Assembly (NCBI GenBank): GCA_050253335.1
Contig: JBFWJG010000037.1
Span: 1 to 27,800, forward strand
Reading direction: 5' to 3'
DNA: 27,800 nucleotides
Source: Deferribacterales bacterium
GTDB lineage: Bacteria; Chrysiogenota; Deferribacteres; Deferribacterales; Geovibrionaceae
Shown here: in pieces, positions 27,409 through 27,800 of the stretch
How the letters are laid out: the number at the start of each line of letters is the position of its first letter
How positions within the stretch are numbered: position 1 is the stretch's first letter
Notes under the pieces: model-generated
Seen by the model: only the letters and a program-made list of their open reading frames with translations
Databases searched by the model: none
What the model was told of the DNA's origin: nothing
Position numbers and translations under genes: made by a program

Positions 27409-27762
27409 CTAGCTGAAGATCGGAATAGCGCCGATCACGGTTATGACGATGGTTATGAAAACCACTGCCATGAAGTATTTGGAGAAGTTTTCCCTGTGGG
27501 CTCCTGCTCCGAACTCCATAAGGACGATCCTCACGCCGTTAAAAGCGTGGAACGAAAAGCTCACGAGGAACAGAGCTTTCACAACTGCGGCGCCGGTAAC
27601 TGATGAAAGGGCGGAAACAGTTCCGGAAACGCCGAGAATGTGCATAATAAGGTAAGCACCGATTATAACCCCTGTTATACGGTGCAGCAGCCATGCGACC
27701 ATTCCGGTGTGCTTGCGGTACCCGGTTTTCTTCGGGTAGGTAACAAGGTCTTTCCTTGGCAT
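27409..27762 (-). CDS. sdhC: Succinate dehydrogenase cytochrome b subunit C
   Basis: WLLHRITG, FHAFNGVRIVLME; three hydrophobic helices; AGGAG SD. Confidence 0.92.
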   Translation of the reverse strand: MPRKDLVTYPKKTGYRKHTGMVAWLLHRITGVIIGAYLIMHILGVSGTVSALSSVTGAAVVKALFLVSFSFHAFNGVRIVLMEFGAGAHRENFSKYFMAVVFITIVITVIGAIPIFS

Positions 27763-27800
27763 TGTACACTCCTGTCGTAGTTATTAAAACAAACGATGTT

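Noticed and set aside
1..27800. CRISPR arrays, tRNA/rRNA genes, transposases, integrases, phage or recognised defence genes
   Set aside because: No repeat-spacer periodicity, cloverleaf or relevant protein motifs seen; intergenic gaps are at most about 340 nt

Overview
Bacterial chromosome segment in three parts. (1) 1-14741 is one + strand ribosomal superoperon: the 3' end of tuf, then the S10, spc and alpha clusters (rpsJ to rplQ, including secY, adk, map, infA and rpoA), closed by an intrinsic terminator. It has two anomalies: rplR (L18) is split by one extra A in an A7 run, and there is no rpmD (L30) between rpsE and rplO. (2) 14742-24500 is a mixed accessory region. It holds a class II aldolase, an orphan gene paired with a membrane-anchored GNAT-like gene, a PilZ/YcgR-type c-di-GMP receptor, overlapping mnmA and larE-like sulfur transferases, HAD and isochorismatase hydrolases, an outer-membrane beta-barrel plus lipoprotein pair, an EamA transporter and a YbaK-family deacylase. 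(3) 24508-27762 is a - strand sdhCDAB operon whose small anchors carry a di-heme His pattern. The beta-barrel implies a diderm. My impression of an anaerobe such as a Deferribacterota member is from memory and unverified. I found no tRNA, rRNA, CRISPR array or mobile element. All calls come from motif recognition by eye, with no database searches.
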